A stretch of DNA of 64,000 nucleotides from Thermodesulfobacteriota bacterium (lineage in GTDB: Bacteria > Desulfobacterota_D > UBA1144 > Nemesobacterales > UBA2774), in the NCBI GenBank assembly GCA_965216785.1, contig OZ244197.1:1088001-1152000 (forward strand), in the 5' to 3' direction. This document shows, piece after piece, positions 10,742 through 21,243 of the stretch. A program made the translations under genes and the position numbers. The notes beneath the pieces were generated by a model. The model did no database searches. It worked only from the letters and a program-made list of their open reading frames with translations, and was not told where the DNA came from. Numbering within the stretch: the stretch's first letter is position 1; each line of letters begins with the position of its first letter.

Positions 10742-10756
10742 TGGCATGCTTATTGC
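10742..10756 (+). promoter_or_regulatory. Sigma-54 (-24/-12) promoter of the minor pilin operon
   Basis: TGGCATGCTTATTGC, exact GG-N10-GC spacing, 33 bp before pilV ATG. Confidence 0.75.
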
Positions 10757-10789
10757 CAATTATATACATGTATTTTTTCTGAGGTAATA

Positions 10790-11518
10790 ATGCGAACAAT
10801 AAGAAGCGACAAAGGGTTTACATTCATAGAGATAATCATTGCGCTTTTGATTATGACTCTCGGGTTTCTGGCTATGTCACAGATGCAGTTTTTATCTTTG
10901 AGACAAAAACAGCTGGCCGAATCCGGGACAGTTGCCACGAATATGATCCAGTTCATAGCTGACAGGGATATGGCTGAGCTCAAGCGTATTCACCTTCTAA
11001 ACTCTGTAGCTTTTATCGAAGCTCAAGCTGGGAGACTTGATCCTGCAAGCTCAAGCGAGCCCCATCTACAACATTGCACTGGTGAGACAAACGTTTGTAC
11101 AACCTGCCCGTGTAATGCTTTAGGAGCTATAACGATTGACCCCAATCCGCAAACGGACGGAGGTGGAAATCCGGTCTCTGAAACGACCTGCGCAGTAGTT
11201 AATGTGCACGGTTTTGATCCGAACGAGATTGAATTTAAATACGAATCTCCCGGGTGTGACGCAGGTGATCAAAACGCGTTATACGCGGTGAAACAGGTGC
11301 TATCGGAGGTTGACAATACAGTTACTCCACCCCAGATTACGCTTACAGTAACTTATGGTATTAAAGATGACGTGCAATTTCATCACACGGATTTTGAAAG
11401 TCTTGACATAAAAGACACGCTCGCAACGCAAAGTTTTGTAATTACAGCTCATCAGGAGGATTGGTCTGAGATACTGGGTGCAGGCTGGAACCAGGTCGTT
11501 GTACCGCATATCCCCTAG
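10790..11518 (+). CDS. pilV: Type IV minor pilin, PilV-like
   Basis: Prepilin cleavage site KG/FTFIEIIIAL; first gene of pilVWXY cluster. Confidence 0.75.
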   Translation: MRTIRSDKGFTFIEIIIALLIMTLGFLAMSQMQFLSLRQKQLAESGTVATNMIQFIADRDMAELKRIHLLNSVAFIEAQAGRLDPASSSEPHLQHCTGETNVCTTCPCNALGAITIDPNPQTDGGGNPVSETTCAVVNVHGFDPNEIEFKYESPGCDAGDQNALYAVKQVLSEVDNTVTPPQITLTVTYGIKDDVQFHHTDFESLDIKDTLATQSFVITAHQEDWSEILGAGWNQVVVPHIP

Positions 11519-11547
11519 TTTCTAAGGAGCATCAAGAAGATAACGCT

Positions 11548-12756
11548 ATGAATAATAAAGGTTTTACAATGATTGAAATGATGATTGCTGTCACGATACT
11601 GACATTTATGATTGCCGGTATGACTATAGCATTTCAACAACAGCAGAGGCAGTTGAATTTCACAAAAGAAGCAGCGGATATAGATCAGACAGTTCGCTCA
11701 TCGATAGATTTTCTGGCAACAGAGATGAGAAATGCAGCATCTAGGCAGGGAAAGAGCTTTGCTCTCGAATTCTTTAATGGAGGAAGCGCTACAAACTGTG
11801 CGTCTGATACGAACCAAACCGGTGTTAATTCCCCGCCCGACTGTTTTACCGTTTATACATGGGATATTACGAGAGGGCAAAACGGAAATGATCTGCCCTC
11901 TGTTCCAGCAGTTGTACAGGTTAGTCAGCAAAGCCCGTCATTACAGCTCATACTTCCTCCGCAGTGGTTTAAAAACGGTGTGCTCATTGGTGAAGAAGAC
12001 GAGCCGGGTAATCCGGAGATTCTTCTTGGTTTAAGATCAAGAGTCAATCTGTGCAATCCGGATAATACCGTTAGCTGCGGTGTTTCACCCGAAAAGTGCA
12101 CCGAATGCGCGGTAATTGTAAGAGCAAGCGTTAACGAGAGTACTCAAACCGCTACAGTTGATTCATTAAGTGACTTAAAAGAACAGAATTTCCCTGTAAC
12201 CAGCTATGCAAGTTTGTCCGAATTTATTAACGGAACTACGGTTGGAAATGTCTCGTATGGTTTTATACCGACTTTTTCCGCGCAGCCTTCAGAGATGACT
12301 ATAGTGAACTCTAAGATGTTTACAGTTAACCAGTCGACAAGAGAGCTTGAGCTGTCCATTAACGGCGATACCCCTGTGCCAATGGCGGGCGGAGTTAATG
12401 CTCCGGGTATTGTTGACCTGCAGCTCGTTTTTAATCTACAGGATGAAAATGGGGAAATTACCAAGGTAGGAGTACCTTTGTCAGCCAATGATAATAAATT
12501 CCCGGACTTTAGCGATAGCAGCTTAGTTGGGAGGGAGCAGGACATCAGATCTGTGGAGATTAATGTTGTAGTGAGATCGAAGATAAAGCCGCAAAAGATC
12601 CAAAGCGGTAGACATAGCCAGACATTACCTGCTATTGGTGATGTCAGTGAAAGGACGACAGAGAGCGGCACGATAGAACCTGAAGAGGGTTATATATATA
12701 GAATTCTATCTACCACGGTTTACATGAGAAATCATTCAAGAGAGGAGTTCGGTTGA
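11548..12756 (+). CDS. pilW: Type IV minor pilin, PilW-like
   Basis: KG/FTMIEMMIA, EMRNA, IVDLQL, C-terminal TTVYMRN. Confidence 0.8.
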   Translation: MNNKGFTMIEMMIAVTILTFMIAGMTIAFQQQQRQLNFTKEAADIDQTVRSSIDFLATEMRNAASRQGKSFALEFFNGGSATNCASDTNQTGVNSPPDCFTVYTWDITRGQNGNDLPSVPAVVQVSQQSPSLQLILPPQWFKNGVLIGEEDEPGNPEILLGLRSRVNLCNPDNTVSCGVSPEKCTECAVIVRASVNESTQTATVDSLSDLKEQNFPVTSYASLSEFINGTTVGNVSYGFIPTFSAQPSEMTIVNSKMFTVNQSTRELELSINGDTPVPMAGGVNAPGIVDLQLVFNLQDENGEITKVGVPLSANDNKFPDFSDSSLVGREQDIRSVEINVVVRSKIKPQKIQSGRHSQTLPAIGDVSERTTESGTIEPEEGYIYRILSTTVYMRNHSREEFG

Positions 12757-12774
12757 TTATATGGAGATCATGTT

Positions 12775-13410
12775 ATGAGTAATTTTCAAATAACAGCAAA
12801 GAGGGCAAAGAAAAAGGGCTTATATAAAAATGAGAGCGGAGTTGCAATTATGATAGCTCTCATCATGCTGCTTGTCATGTCTGTACTGGCTATCACTGTT
12901 TCTTTCAGCTCAAATATGGATTTTAAGGCTATGAGTAATTTTAAACGCGGTCAGGAAGCATTCTTAGCTGCTGAAAGGTGCATTCAGGAAGGGAGGAACC
13001 GCTTTGAAGTAATAGGTATAGAAGTATTATTTTTTCTTTTGCAAAACAAGGAGACCGTTGGTCTTTCACAAGGGGGAGCCGGCGAGCTATTGCTTTTGAA
13101 TGAAGATATCGATAACGGGGCTACCTGTAGATCCGGTTACAGGGATTTGGACAGCGCTGACGGGCCGGCTGAGCTGATCGAAATTCCGCCCATTACAAAA
13201 ACGATTCAGAGGCCTTTGAAAAATACAAGCATGTCCTCGAGCGCTTCCGGAGGCGCGGGTCTAGTGCCTGTGACATTTGTAGTAACCGGTAAAGACGCAA
13301 GGGACAAAGATAAAGACGATACGAATGACAGTATAAATACCGGGACGGAAATTGCGGTAGGGTTTGAAACATTCATTCCGGGAAACGCTAATCAAATGTA
13401 TTCACAATAG
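12775..13410 (+). CDS. pilX: Type IV minor pilin, PilX-like
   Basis: ESG/VAIMIAL without Glu5, AFLAAE motif. Confidence 0.8.
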   Translation: MSNFQITAKRAKKKGLYKNESGVAIMIALIMLLVMSVLAITVSFSSNMDFKAMSNFKRGQEAFLAAERCIQEGRNRFEVIGIEVLFFLLQNKETVGLSQGGAGELLLLNEDIDNGATCRSGYRDLDSADGPAELIEIPPITKTIQRPLKNTSMSSSASGGAGLVPVTFVVTGKDARDKDKDDTNDSINTGTEIAVGFETFIPGNANQMYSQ

Positions 13411-13447
13411 TAAGGAGTAAAAGTTAATATACGGGATTGGAGCGACG

Positions 13448-16400
13448 ATGGCTAAAAAAGTACATAGAAATATTCATAGATTCGGTTTTTACAAAGCGCT
13501 GAATTTTTGTTTAATACTACTTTTGTTAATTGTTTACGGTGCGCAGGCTGAGCCTATTAAAAAGAACGAAGTTGAAGACCTAAACGTAATCATATCTCAG
13601 ATAGTCGGAGGACAGCCCAATGCGCTTTTCATTATGGACCTTTCGGGTTCAATGGCCAGGGCATTTGGCGGAACGCAAATTGGGAACTGGGACATTGATG
13701 AGGGAACTTTAACAGAGTGCGAAAATCTTCACTGCGGGAGCAGCTGTAATAATTTCACCGAACGTGTTTTCGCAGCGCACTGCGCTGAGAATGTGTCTAA
13801 CGTATCGGTCTGCGGCTCCAAAACATGCATAAGGGGTTTCGGCACATGTGATAGCCAGGAGCAGTTTGATAATTTTATGCAGTGCATAGATGACTCGGGA
13901 GCATTGACCGACGCGGAAATAGAAGATGTGCTCGATTTGTGGTGTGGGGACAATGACGGCAACTATGAACCGTTTTCCGACGACAGGTGCGGTGTTAATG
14001 ACAGCTCAACTCCTAACGGAACACAAGAGTTCGAAGGGGCGGCTGCTGCGCTTGATGCGAGGGCGAGTTTGACGGAATGCTCTGCGGCCTCTTGTACCGC
14101 AGATGATGACAGCGATCCTTTTAACGACTACGCATGTGATCTTTCCTCGGAGTACACCGATTTCAGGGGATGCATGCTCAACTTGCAAGCAATCGATATA
14201 AATAAACTAGAAAACTGTACAGGCGGAACCGATAATCCTCCTTATTGTCAAGGTGAGCCAGCCTACGGGACAAGCCGTATGGATATGACTCTTAGTGTTA
14301 TTTTCGATTTCCTTGACGCTGACGACTCGCTTGCGTCAAAGATGTGTGATGATCCGACAAAACTCTTTGACGGAACGAACAGCTCTATTTCATGTCAGGA
14401 TTTTATGACCACTCCCTTTAGAGACGTCCGGAAGATCGCTAGGCAACAGGGGAGCGGCAACTCGAAAAAGCTCCCTCTGACAGGGGAAGGCGATAAAAAT
14501 TTAATACGTCAGCTTACCGATGATGATGGGGACGCCTTGGGAGTGAGGCTCCGTCCGTTATCATACTCTGGCGAAGGGAATTGGGATGGTTGCACAGACT
14601 CAAACACTTTCAGGCTTGCACAGGGCGGATTTGCTGGTGCCAGTCAAAGTCATCTTAGAAATGTATGGAAGTTTTTCAGAAGACAAGAGGGCGACGGAGG
14701 TACTCCTCTTGCCTGGGTCCTGGGTTTTGATGACAGCAACAGAAACGGCTCTTCAGGCGGTAACGTGATTAATAACGATGCTTTGGGGGCTTACAGAGTG
14801 GAACTCCAGTCAGACCCTGCAATTGACTGCAGACCGGAATTTGTAATTATCCTTACCGACGGCGAGGACACATGCTCGGGTGAGCCAGGTGGTCCCTCAG
14901 GAAGTAGTCAGACTTCCGGAGGCCTGACTACTAACGCAAACCGAAGGAGCTCTATTCAGGCAGTCAGTAACCTGAGAACCTACTATACAAGAAATCCCGT
15001 ATCGAACCGCGGGCAAACATTTAAAAAAGAAGTACTGACATTTGTAATTGGGCTCGGAATACAGGACCCGGCGGCTAAGAGAACTCTTAACGCAATGGCA
15101 CTTGCCGGAGGTACTCATACAGATGGTATCATAGAACATATAGGGCCTGATGGTTTCCCTGTGCCGGGAAACGTAAGTATGGACAACTCTGCCATATTTC
15201 CTCAGAGTTCCGAATTTGATGTGTTTAAGGATTTGGCTGAAGTTAAAGATATAGATTCCGGTAGTCCTACTCTTGCACATCTTCAGGATTGTAAATCCGC
15301 TGACAGAAGCGAATCCGGTCATTGCCATTTTCAAGGCACAGATATATTCAATAATACATTTTTCGATACCGGAGCGCCCTTTAACGATACTGATAAAAAG
15401 CTTGAAGATTTTGCATTTTTCGTAAATAACGCTGATGAATTGACAGCGGCACTTCAGGAAATAACCGACTTTATCAAGGTATTCAGTACTTCGGGAGTTT
15501 CACCTGCAGCCCCACAATCCTCTACAGCTGTGGCGCTGAGAGACAGGATTTACCTATCTATATTAACCCCTCTGACTACGGAGCGCTTCTGGCAGGGAAG
15601 GCTGGGGGTATTCGGGTTTGTCAACAAGCCTGGTAACGTAGGGAATAAGGAAGTCATACGCAGACCCCCTTCCGGTGCTGATCTCGACAACGCTTCGGTA
15701 GTGGAGAGTCTGGCTATTTTTTCAGATGACGGCACACTGAACGATAACGCAAAGCAGTTTTTCTGGGACGGCGGCAGAGAGCTTGCTGAAAGAGACATTG
15801 TAGCGTCTCCGAGAAATCTTTTTACAGTTGAGTCGCCTGATTTGAGCCTATTTGACCCCTCTGCACCCGAGGATCATCCGTTTGATCCACCCGATTTTAG
15901 TACATCAAACGGAGTGATTAGATACATTGGTGATCTAGTGCCGTTTGGTCTTGAGGAGGACGAAGACAATCAGCCTATAAAGCCGGGACAGTTCGGCATA
16001 AGGGATGCGGACGTAACGGATCCCATACCTGACTATTGTATGCCGGAAGCAGGTCCTACCACCGACTGCGAAACGCTCAGCGGCACGGCGGTAGACTGTA
16101 CAGATACATCTGATGCGGACTGTATAGCTTGTGTTAAGAAGTGTATGAGAGATGAAATAATAAATCTGTTTATAGGTAATACGGGAATAGCTACAGTGGG
16201 CGACCCTATGGGAGAGCCGTCAATAGAGTCACAGTCAAGACAGGACGACGGGGCCGATCCGTTTACCTCAATGGGTTTTGACTGTCCCGACCCTGACGAT
16301 GAAGACGGAAACGGAGATTTCGGAAGTTTGGCCACCTGCTCTGTGCGTTTGGGGGATATATTCCATTCAAATCCGACAGTTGTCGGATCGCCTTCACCGC

Positions 16401-18367
16401 TTTTCTTTGACGCCGGGTATCAGCAGTTCGCATTCAACTTCAAGGACCGCTCGGCGGTCGTATATGTGGGGGCTAATGACGGAATCCTTCACGCGTTTCA
16501 CGCGGGCGAATTCAGGGATCCTAACGCGGAGGGCGCTCAGCAGGACGATAAAACAAATCCGTTTACTTTAAAAGAAGAGTCGTTCCCGTTCTTTGACGAA
16601 GGAACGGGGTACGAGCTTTTTGGAGTCGCAATGCCTACCTATCTTCCTGACTCGCTTGCCACTCCGTTCACCGATGCAGATTCACCCGCGGATATAGTAT
16701 TCGGTACACCACCTCCGCCGGATTACAGGACGGGGGACTTTAAGACATTTGTGCTTGATAACATCACGCAACGCTCTTTTTCGGACGGCTCACCAATAAT
16801 CGGAGATGTATTTATTGACGGTTTTCCAAATGGTATACCAGAAGACTCCGAAATATGCAGCGGGTCTGTAAACACCCCTGACGGGGAAATCGATCTTTGC
16901 GGAAGAGAATGGCATACCGTATTGCTCGCGGGCTCGAGAAACGGTGGCGGAGCTTACACTGCGCTTGATGTGACGAACCCGGCTTGCGGTACCGATTGCG
17001 GAGGTTCGGATGCGTTGCACGAGCATGTGGACAACGGTACGGATGTACTCGAATATCCTACGCATTTATGGACTTTGTTCGACCCTGATTTCGGAAACTC
17101 CTGGTCAACTCCTTCGATGGGAAGGGTTAGATTGAAGGTATCGGACTCTGGTACGGTAACTACTGTCGATAGGTGGGTAATGTTTGTCGGAGGAGGACTC
17201 GACCCTGTAGATGTCGACCCTACGGACGGCGTGAACGTGGGTAACGCTTTAGCTGTGGTAGATATAGCTACGGGTAAGGAAATATTTAAATTCCATCCTA
17301 CCAACTCAATCCCATCCGGAGCCTCGGCACCCGATAACGCAGATCAGATGGTTTGTGACGTTGCAAGCCGTGTAGGGGCTTTTGATATAAACGGAGACGG
17401 TTATATGGATCTTGCCTATGTTGGTGATACATGCGGAAGGATGTGGCGGTTTGACATATCAGAGCCTATAAATGTTACAGGGAGCCTGGCCCAGAGCGGG
17501 CGGGACGGAACACTGGATATCGTGGCTGATGACTGGACAGGAGAGATTGCATTTTGCGCGAATACCGATGCGGAGTGCGAGAACAATGAAGGGAACGTTA
17601 CGGTTCCGCAGAATAATCTCGAGCCTATTTATTTTGCTCCCACGATTGTACTGGATGACCTTGGAAGGAGGCATTTAATATTTTTGACCGGGGACAGAAG
17701 AGACCCGAGCAGTATCACAAAATCCGGAAAACTTTATAACATTATTGACGGTTATATACCTTCATTTCTAGCTGGCGGCACCGCTGCAGGAGGAGGTACA
17801 ATGAGGACGGCTAGTGATTTAATTTCTGCCGGGCAGGTGATTGAGCTCGAGGAGCAAAGTGGATTAGATGAGCAGTTTATTACTTCAACAAGCGGGAGCT
17901 TTAGCGCGGACCAGGGAGAATTCTTGGTTAAGTTCCCCGGTAACTTGGATAACCCCGAAGAGGGTGAAAAGGGATTTGGAATCCCGGTGGTTATAAACAG
18001 GGTGCTTATATTCACAACCTTTGCGCCCGAAACGGAATCGACCAACCCGTGCTCCGGAGGCACAGGTCTGGGGCGCATTTTCGCGCTTGATTTTATCACT
18101 GGAGAGTCTGCATTTGCACGTATTCCAGGTGTTAAAAACAGCGATTTATTGGAGGGAACTAGCGCTCAAAAGGAACTAGCGGCAGGAGCGACAGTCGCCG
18201 AAGGAATGCCTACTCCCGCGCAGCTGACCTTCGGGACCAGAGGCTCGGTATTGATGTCGGTCGCTTTTACCGGCGGTCCGGTAGCAGGCGGCTCTCAGTT
18301 TATCGTATGGGAGCTTCCTCCTTTACCTACAAGAACACAAACTCTATTCTGGGAAGAGCTTCTATAG
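13448..18367 (+). CDS. pilY1: PilY1/PilC type IV pilus tip adhesin with vWA-like N-region
   Basis: Signal peptide; DLSGS MIDAS, GTPL, ILTDG; LGDIFHS.P, VYVGANDGILHAF, DGSP, YTALDVT, Ca-binding DINGDGYMD, TQTLFWEE. Confidence 0.92.
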   Translation: MAKKVHRNIHRFGFYKALNFCLILLLLIVYGAQAEPIKKNEVEDLNVIISQIVGGQPNALFIMDLSGSMARAFGGTQIGNWDIDEGTLTECENLHCGSSCNNFTERVFAAHCAENVSNVSVCGSKTCIRGFGTCDSQEQFDNFMQCIDDSGALTDAEIEDVLDLWCGDNDGNYEPFSDDRCGVNDSSTPNGTQEFEGAAAALDARASLTECSAASCTADDDSDPFNDYACDLSSEYTDFRGCMLNLQAIDINKLENCTGGTDNPPYCQGEPAYGTSRMDMTLSVIFDFLDADDSLASKMCDDPTKLFDGTNSSISCQDFMTTPFRDVRKIARQQGSGNSKKLPLTGEGDKNLIRQLTDDDGDALGVRLRPLSYSGEGNWDGCTDSNTFRLAQGGFAGASQSHLRNVWKFFRRQEGDGGTPLAWVLGFDDSNRNGSSGGNVINNDALGAYRVELQSDPAIDCRPEFVIILTDGEDTCSGEPGGPSGSSQTSGGLTTNANRRSSIQAVSNLRTYYTRNPVSNRGQTFKKEVLTFVIGLGIQDPAAKRTLNAMALAGGTHTDGIIEHIGPDGFPVPGNVSMDNSAIFPQSSEFDVFKDLAEVKDIDSGSPTLAHLQDCKSADRSESGHCHFQGTDIFNNTFFDTGAPFNDTDKKLEDFAFFVNNADELTAALQEITDFIKVFSTSGVSPAAPQSSTAVALRDRIYLSILTPLTTERFWQGRLGVFGFVNKPGNVGNKEVIRRPPSGADLDNASVVESLAIFSDDGTLNDNAKQFFWDGGRELAERDIVASPRNLFTVESPDLSLFDPSAPEDHPFDPPDFSTSNGVIRYIGDLVPFGLEEDEDNQPIKPGQFGIRDADVTDPIPDYCMPEAGPTTDCETLSGTAVDCTDTSDADCIACVKKCMRDEIINLFIGNTGIATVGDPMGEPSIESQSRQDDGADPFTSMGFDCPDPDDEDGNGDFGSLATCSVRLGDIFHSNPTVVGSPSPLFFDAGYQQFAFNFKDRSAVVYVGANDGILHAFHAGEFRDPNAEGAQQDDKTNPFTLKEESFPFFDEGTGYELFGVAMPTYLPDSLATPFTDADSPADIVFGTPPPPDYRTGDFKTFVLDNITQRSFSDGSPIIGDVFIDGFPNGIPEDSEICSGSVNTPDGEIDLCGREWHTVLLAGSRNGGGAYTALDVTNPACGTDCGGSDALHEHVDNGTDVLEYPTHLWTLFDPDFGNSWSTPSMGRVRLKVSDSGTVTTVDRWVMFVGGGLDPVDVDPTDGVNVGNALAVVDIATGKEIFKFHPTNSIPSGASAPDNADQMVCDVASRVGAFDINGDGYMDLAYVGDTCGRMWRFDISEPINVTGSLAQSGRDGTLDIVADDWTGEIAFCANTDAECENNEGNVTVPQNNLEPIYFAPTIVLDDLGRRHLIFLTGDRRDPSSITKSGKLYNIIDGYIPSFLAGGTAAGGGTMRTASDLISAGQVIELEEQSGLDEQFITSTSGSFSADQGEFLVKFPGNLDNPEEGEKGFGIPVVINRVLIFTTFAPETESTNPCSGGTGLGRIFALDFITGESAFARIPGVKNSDLLEGTSAQKELAAGATVAEGMPTPAQLTFGTRGSVLMSVAFTGGPVAGGSQFIVWELPPLPTRTQTLFWEELL

Positions 18368-18380
18368 GGGCGGCTACATT

Positions 18381-19028
18381 ATGGAATATCTAAATAAAAA
18401 AAAAGGATTTAGCTTAATAGAGCTATTAGTTGTTGTTTCGGTGACTGGTCTTGTGCTGCTCATGGGCGCTACGTACTTTTCTGGGGATGTTGCTTTGAGG
18501 AGGTCCGTGGACGAAATAACCAATAGCATAGGCACAAGCCTTAATCTTGCAAAGATTCAATCTACTAGACAGGGCGTGGAATTTAGATTGGTGCTAGCTG
18601 AATGTACGAGTGTTGATACTACAGACCCAGATTGTGAAATATGTAATTCGTATACCGATTACTCTTCAGGTGATGAGACGGTTAATTTGATTTTGGAAAG
18701 AGGGGACAGCAACGTTGGCTCGGGTGTTTGGTGCATGCAGACTACGCAAAGTAAAAAGTTAGGGTCGACTACGTCTAACATAGCTATGAGCGCAAACGTG
18801 GCAACATCTCCCTTAAATGTATCCTTTTTACCCTCTGGTATGCGAAGTGATTTCAGGGCCGACGCTAATGTTGAAACAATTTCTGTTGTTCCAGGTGCCG
18901 GTGCTAAAGTCGATAAGTGCGGAGTGGTTGGAGTAACCGCTACGGGAGGGCTGAGGGTCATAGTAGGAAGATGGGATGGTACTAATTGTAACGCGATACT
19001 TGACCCTCAGCCAACGCCAGGACCTTAA
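18381..19028 (+). CDS. FimT/FimU/GspH-like minor pilin
   Basis: KG/FSLIELLVV, L..AK.QS, F.PSG motif. Confidence 0.75.
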   Translation: MEYLNKKKGFSLIELLVVVSVTGLVLLMGATYFSGDVALRRSVDEITNSIGTSLNLAKIQSTRQGVEFRLVLAECTSVDTTDPDCEICNSYTDYSSGDETVNLILERGDSNVGSGVWCMQTTQSKKLGSTTSNIAMSANVATSPLNVSFLPSGMRSDFRADANVETISVVPGAGAKVDKCGVVGVTATGGLRVIVGRWDGTNCNAILDPQPTPGP

Positions 19029-19054
19029 ATTTTTTACATGATGGAGAACAAGTA

Positions 19055-19321
19055 ATGAGAAAAACATTTAAAGTTGCGATCTTAGTATTGATGTCATTCT
19101 CTCTTTTTTCCGGAGCCGTATCATCTAGGCAGGCTATAAACCATAATGACCCTATCTCGGTTCAGGATGAAGGGAATCTGCCGTATGATGAATGGTACGG
19201 ACCCGATGATACCCTTGATAACGGGGAAGATGGTAGAACCGATAGTGTGGTTATACCCGAGGCCCCTGAAAACGATGCCAGAGAGGCTCCCGAGGAAGAT
19301 ACCAGGCCTCAAGCACGCTAG
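19055..19321 (+). CDS. Small secreted acidic hypothetical protein
   Basis: GGAG RBS, signal peptide, D/E/P-rich tail. Confidence 0.55.
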   Translation: MRKTFKVAILVLMSFSLFSGAVSSRQAINHNDPISVQDEGNLPYDEWYGPDDTLDNGEDGRTDSVVIPEAPENDAREAPEEDTRPQAR

Positions 19322-20400
19322 TATTTTCTGATAATGTAATAGTAGTTTATAGGGTCGTGCGGTAGCTCTTTAATTTCTATTTTTCCAAAACCTGCTTCGA
19401 TGAGCATCTCCGAGGCAAGCTCCTTACCCCACATTGCGCCAAGCCCTTTCCCTTCCTGAGCGAGAGATACGGTCATACAGTGCATGCATGAAGTTGTATA
19501 TAGTAGAGTGCCAATAGGGTGATTCATATTCTTATGAACGTGGCTTGAGCCGGCGATGTCCTGCATGAAATATAGTCCGTCGTCTTTTAGCGCTCTTTCT
19601 ATGTTTGACAATACTCGCGCCGGGTCTGCCTGGTCGTGTATAGCGTCAAACGTCATAATCAGATCAAACTTCTTTTCGTCATTAAACTCGGCTACATTTA
19701 TAGCCTCAAGATTAATGTTATTAATCCCAAGCTCCTTAGCCCTTGCCTTGCCCCGCTCTATTGCTTCGGGCGACAGGTCGTACCCGGTAAACGTGCTGTT
19801 CGGAAATTCCTTGGCCATCTCCACCATGGCGTATCCGCTCCCACAACCTACATCGAGTACCTCGATACCCGCCTCTAGCTTTTCCCTAATACCGGGAATT
19901 AACGGAAGTAGATCGTCTATGAGCGGCACAATTACGGTTTGATGGCTTTCCTCTGACATCACTTCGTGGAAGCGCTCAAAATCTTCATAGGGTACACCGC
20001 CCCCTTTGTGGAAGCACTCGACTATCTTGCTTTCCACACTGCCAAGAAGGGATATCCACTGGCTTGTAACTCCTAAGTTATTAGGGGCTGCAGCTCTGGT
20101 TAGCCAGACCGAGTATTCTTCAGGGAGAGAGTAGGTGTTTTTTTCATGATCGTGCTCTATTATTTCGCCCGTGGTCATGGCCCCTAACCATTCCCTAACA
20201 TAACGTTCGTTTAATCCTGAGGCCTTAGCAATCTCATGACTCGTAGATGGCGGGAGACTGCTCATGGTATCGAATAGTCCCGTACGGTGACCGACCGAGA
20301 TCATTAAGCACAGCGCGCCGTTATTTAATACAGAAAGCATTTTTTCAGCAAACTGCTCAGAGCGCTCCTCGTTAAATGCTTTATTGTTAGCTTCAGACAT
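19318..20400 (-). CDS. Class I SAM-dependent methyltransferase with N-terminal winged helix (Rv2258c-like)
   Basis: GHRTGLF, ERYVREWL, LDVGCGSG, FDAIHD, HCMTVSLA, GLGAMWG. Start moved to ATG 20400 because of the AGGAGG RBS at 20414-20409. Confidence 0.85.
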   Translation of the reverse strand: MSEANNKAFNEERSEQFAEKMLSVLNNGALCLMISVGHRTGLFDTMSSLPPSTSHEIAKASGLNERYVREWLGAMTTGEIIEHDHEKNTYSLPEEYSVWLTRAAAPNNLGVTSQWISLLGSVESKIVECFHKGGGVPYEDFERFHEVMSEESHQTVIVPLIDDLLPLIPGIREKLEAGIEVLDVGCGSGYAMVEMAKEFPNSTFTGYDLSPEAIERGKARAKELGINNINLEAINVAEFNDEKKFDLIMTFDAIHDQADPARVLSNIERALKDDGLYFMQDIAGSSHVHKNMNHPIGTLLYTTSCMHCMTVSLAQEGKGLGAMWGKELASEMLIEAGFGKIEIKELPHDPINYYYIIRKY

Positions 20401-20431
20401 TATTAATTCCTCCTGTAATTTCGACTTATAT

Positions 20432-20449
20432 AGACAGACATGTCTGTCT
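20432..20449. promoter_or_regulatory. TetR operator upstream of the methyltransferase
   Basis: Perfect 18-bp palindrome AGACAGACATGTCTGTCT, near-identical to the one at 21066. Confidence 0.8.
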
Positions 20450-20465
20450 GTAGTTTGGTAAAAAA

Positions 20466-21047
20466 TTATTCTACTAATTTCTCTACAGCAACTATGGCCC
20501 TCTCGATCGGCCATGTATCATTGTAAATCTTGCCCATAACAACCGCACCCTCAACAATGAGGTTGTACGAGTCTACTATCTGGTCAACGTCGATTTTCCG
20601 GTACTTGAGGTCTGAGTTCTTTAAGTCCGTAATTACATCTTTGAGAATAGAGCGGAACCCGTCCTCATGATGTTTTACCTCTTTTCGAATAGGATGAGAG
20701 GACTCTGTAACCTCAGCTGTGATGTTTCCGAAGGCGCAGCCTCTGAAATCAGTCTCTACCATATAGCCCAGTATGCCTTTAATTATAGACATATACCTTT
20801 CATAGGGGGCTTTGATTCCGTTAATCATGTTTTTTGTCGCGTTTGTATCCATTCGGTCTCGTTCCCTTAAATACTCGATACAAAGCTCTTCCTTCGACTT
20901 GAAGTTGCTATAGAAAGTAGCTTTCGCAACTCCCGACTCTTCAATTATCTGATTTATACCGGTTTGGTGATAGCCCTGACGGTAAAATAATTCATTGGCC
21001 GTGCTTATAATCCTTTCCCTGCTCGAGAGCTTTATTTGCTGCTGCAT
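20466..21047 (-). CDS. TetR/AcrR family regulator (ComR/NemR-like)
   Basis: LFYRQGYHQTGINQII..SGVAKATFY.NFKSKEEL HTH; FRGCAF motif. Confidence 0.92.
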   Translation of the reverse strand: MQQQIKLSSRERIISTANELFYRQGYHQTGINQIIEESGVAKATFYSNFKSKEELCIEYLRERDRMDTNATKNMINGIKAPYERYMSIIKGILGYMVETDFRGCAFGNITAEVTESSHPIRKEVKHHEDGFRSILKDVITDLKNSDLKYRKIDVDQIVDSYNLIVEGAVVMGKIYNDTWPIERAIVAVEKLVE

Positions 21048-21054
21048 ATTTCAA

Positions 21055-21083
21055 ATTATATAATAGACAGACCGGTCTGTCAA
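21055..21083 (-). promoter_or_regulatory. Consensus sigma-70 promoter of tetR with an operator in the spacer
   Basis: TTGACA (21083-21078), 17 bp, TATAAT (21060-21055); palindrome GACAGACCGGTCTGTC at 21066-21081. Confidence 0.85.
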
Positions 21084-21243
21084 GTGGTTTCTTAATTCTA
21101 TAAAATTACCTCGGCTAATTGAATTTCGGCTTATTATTCCAATGTACTAAGATTTGAAAGCAGTAGTCGAAAGTATTTGTAGGTTATGCTCCTATGACAA
21201 TCTCAGTTACTATTTATCATATAGCTAAGTATCATAAGTTAGT

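Noticed and set aside
20401-20514. N-terminal extension of the methyltransferase ORF
   Set aside because: It overlaps tetR and the operator; a strong AGGAGG precedes ATG 20400
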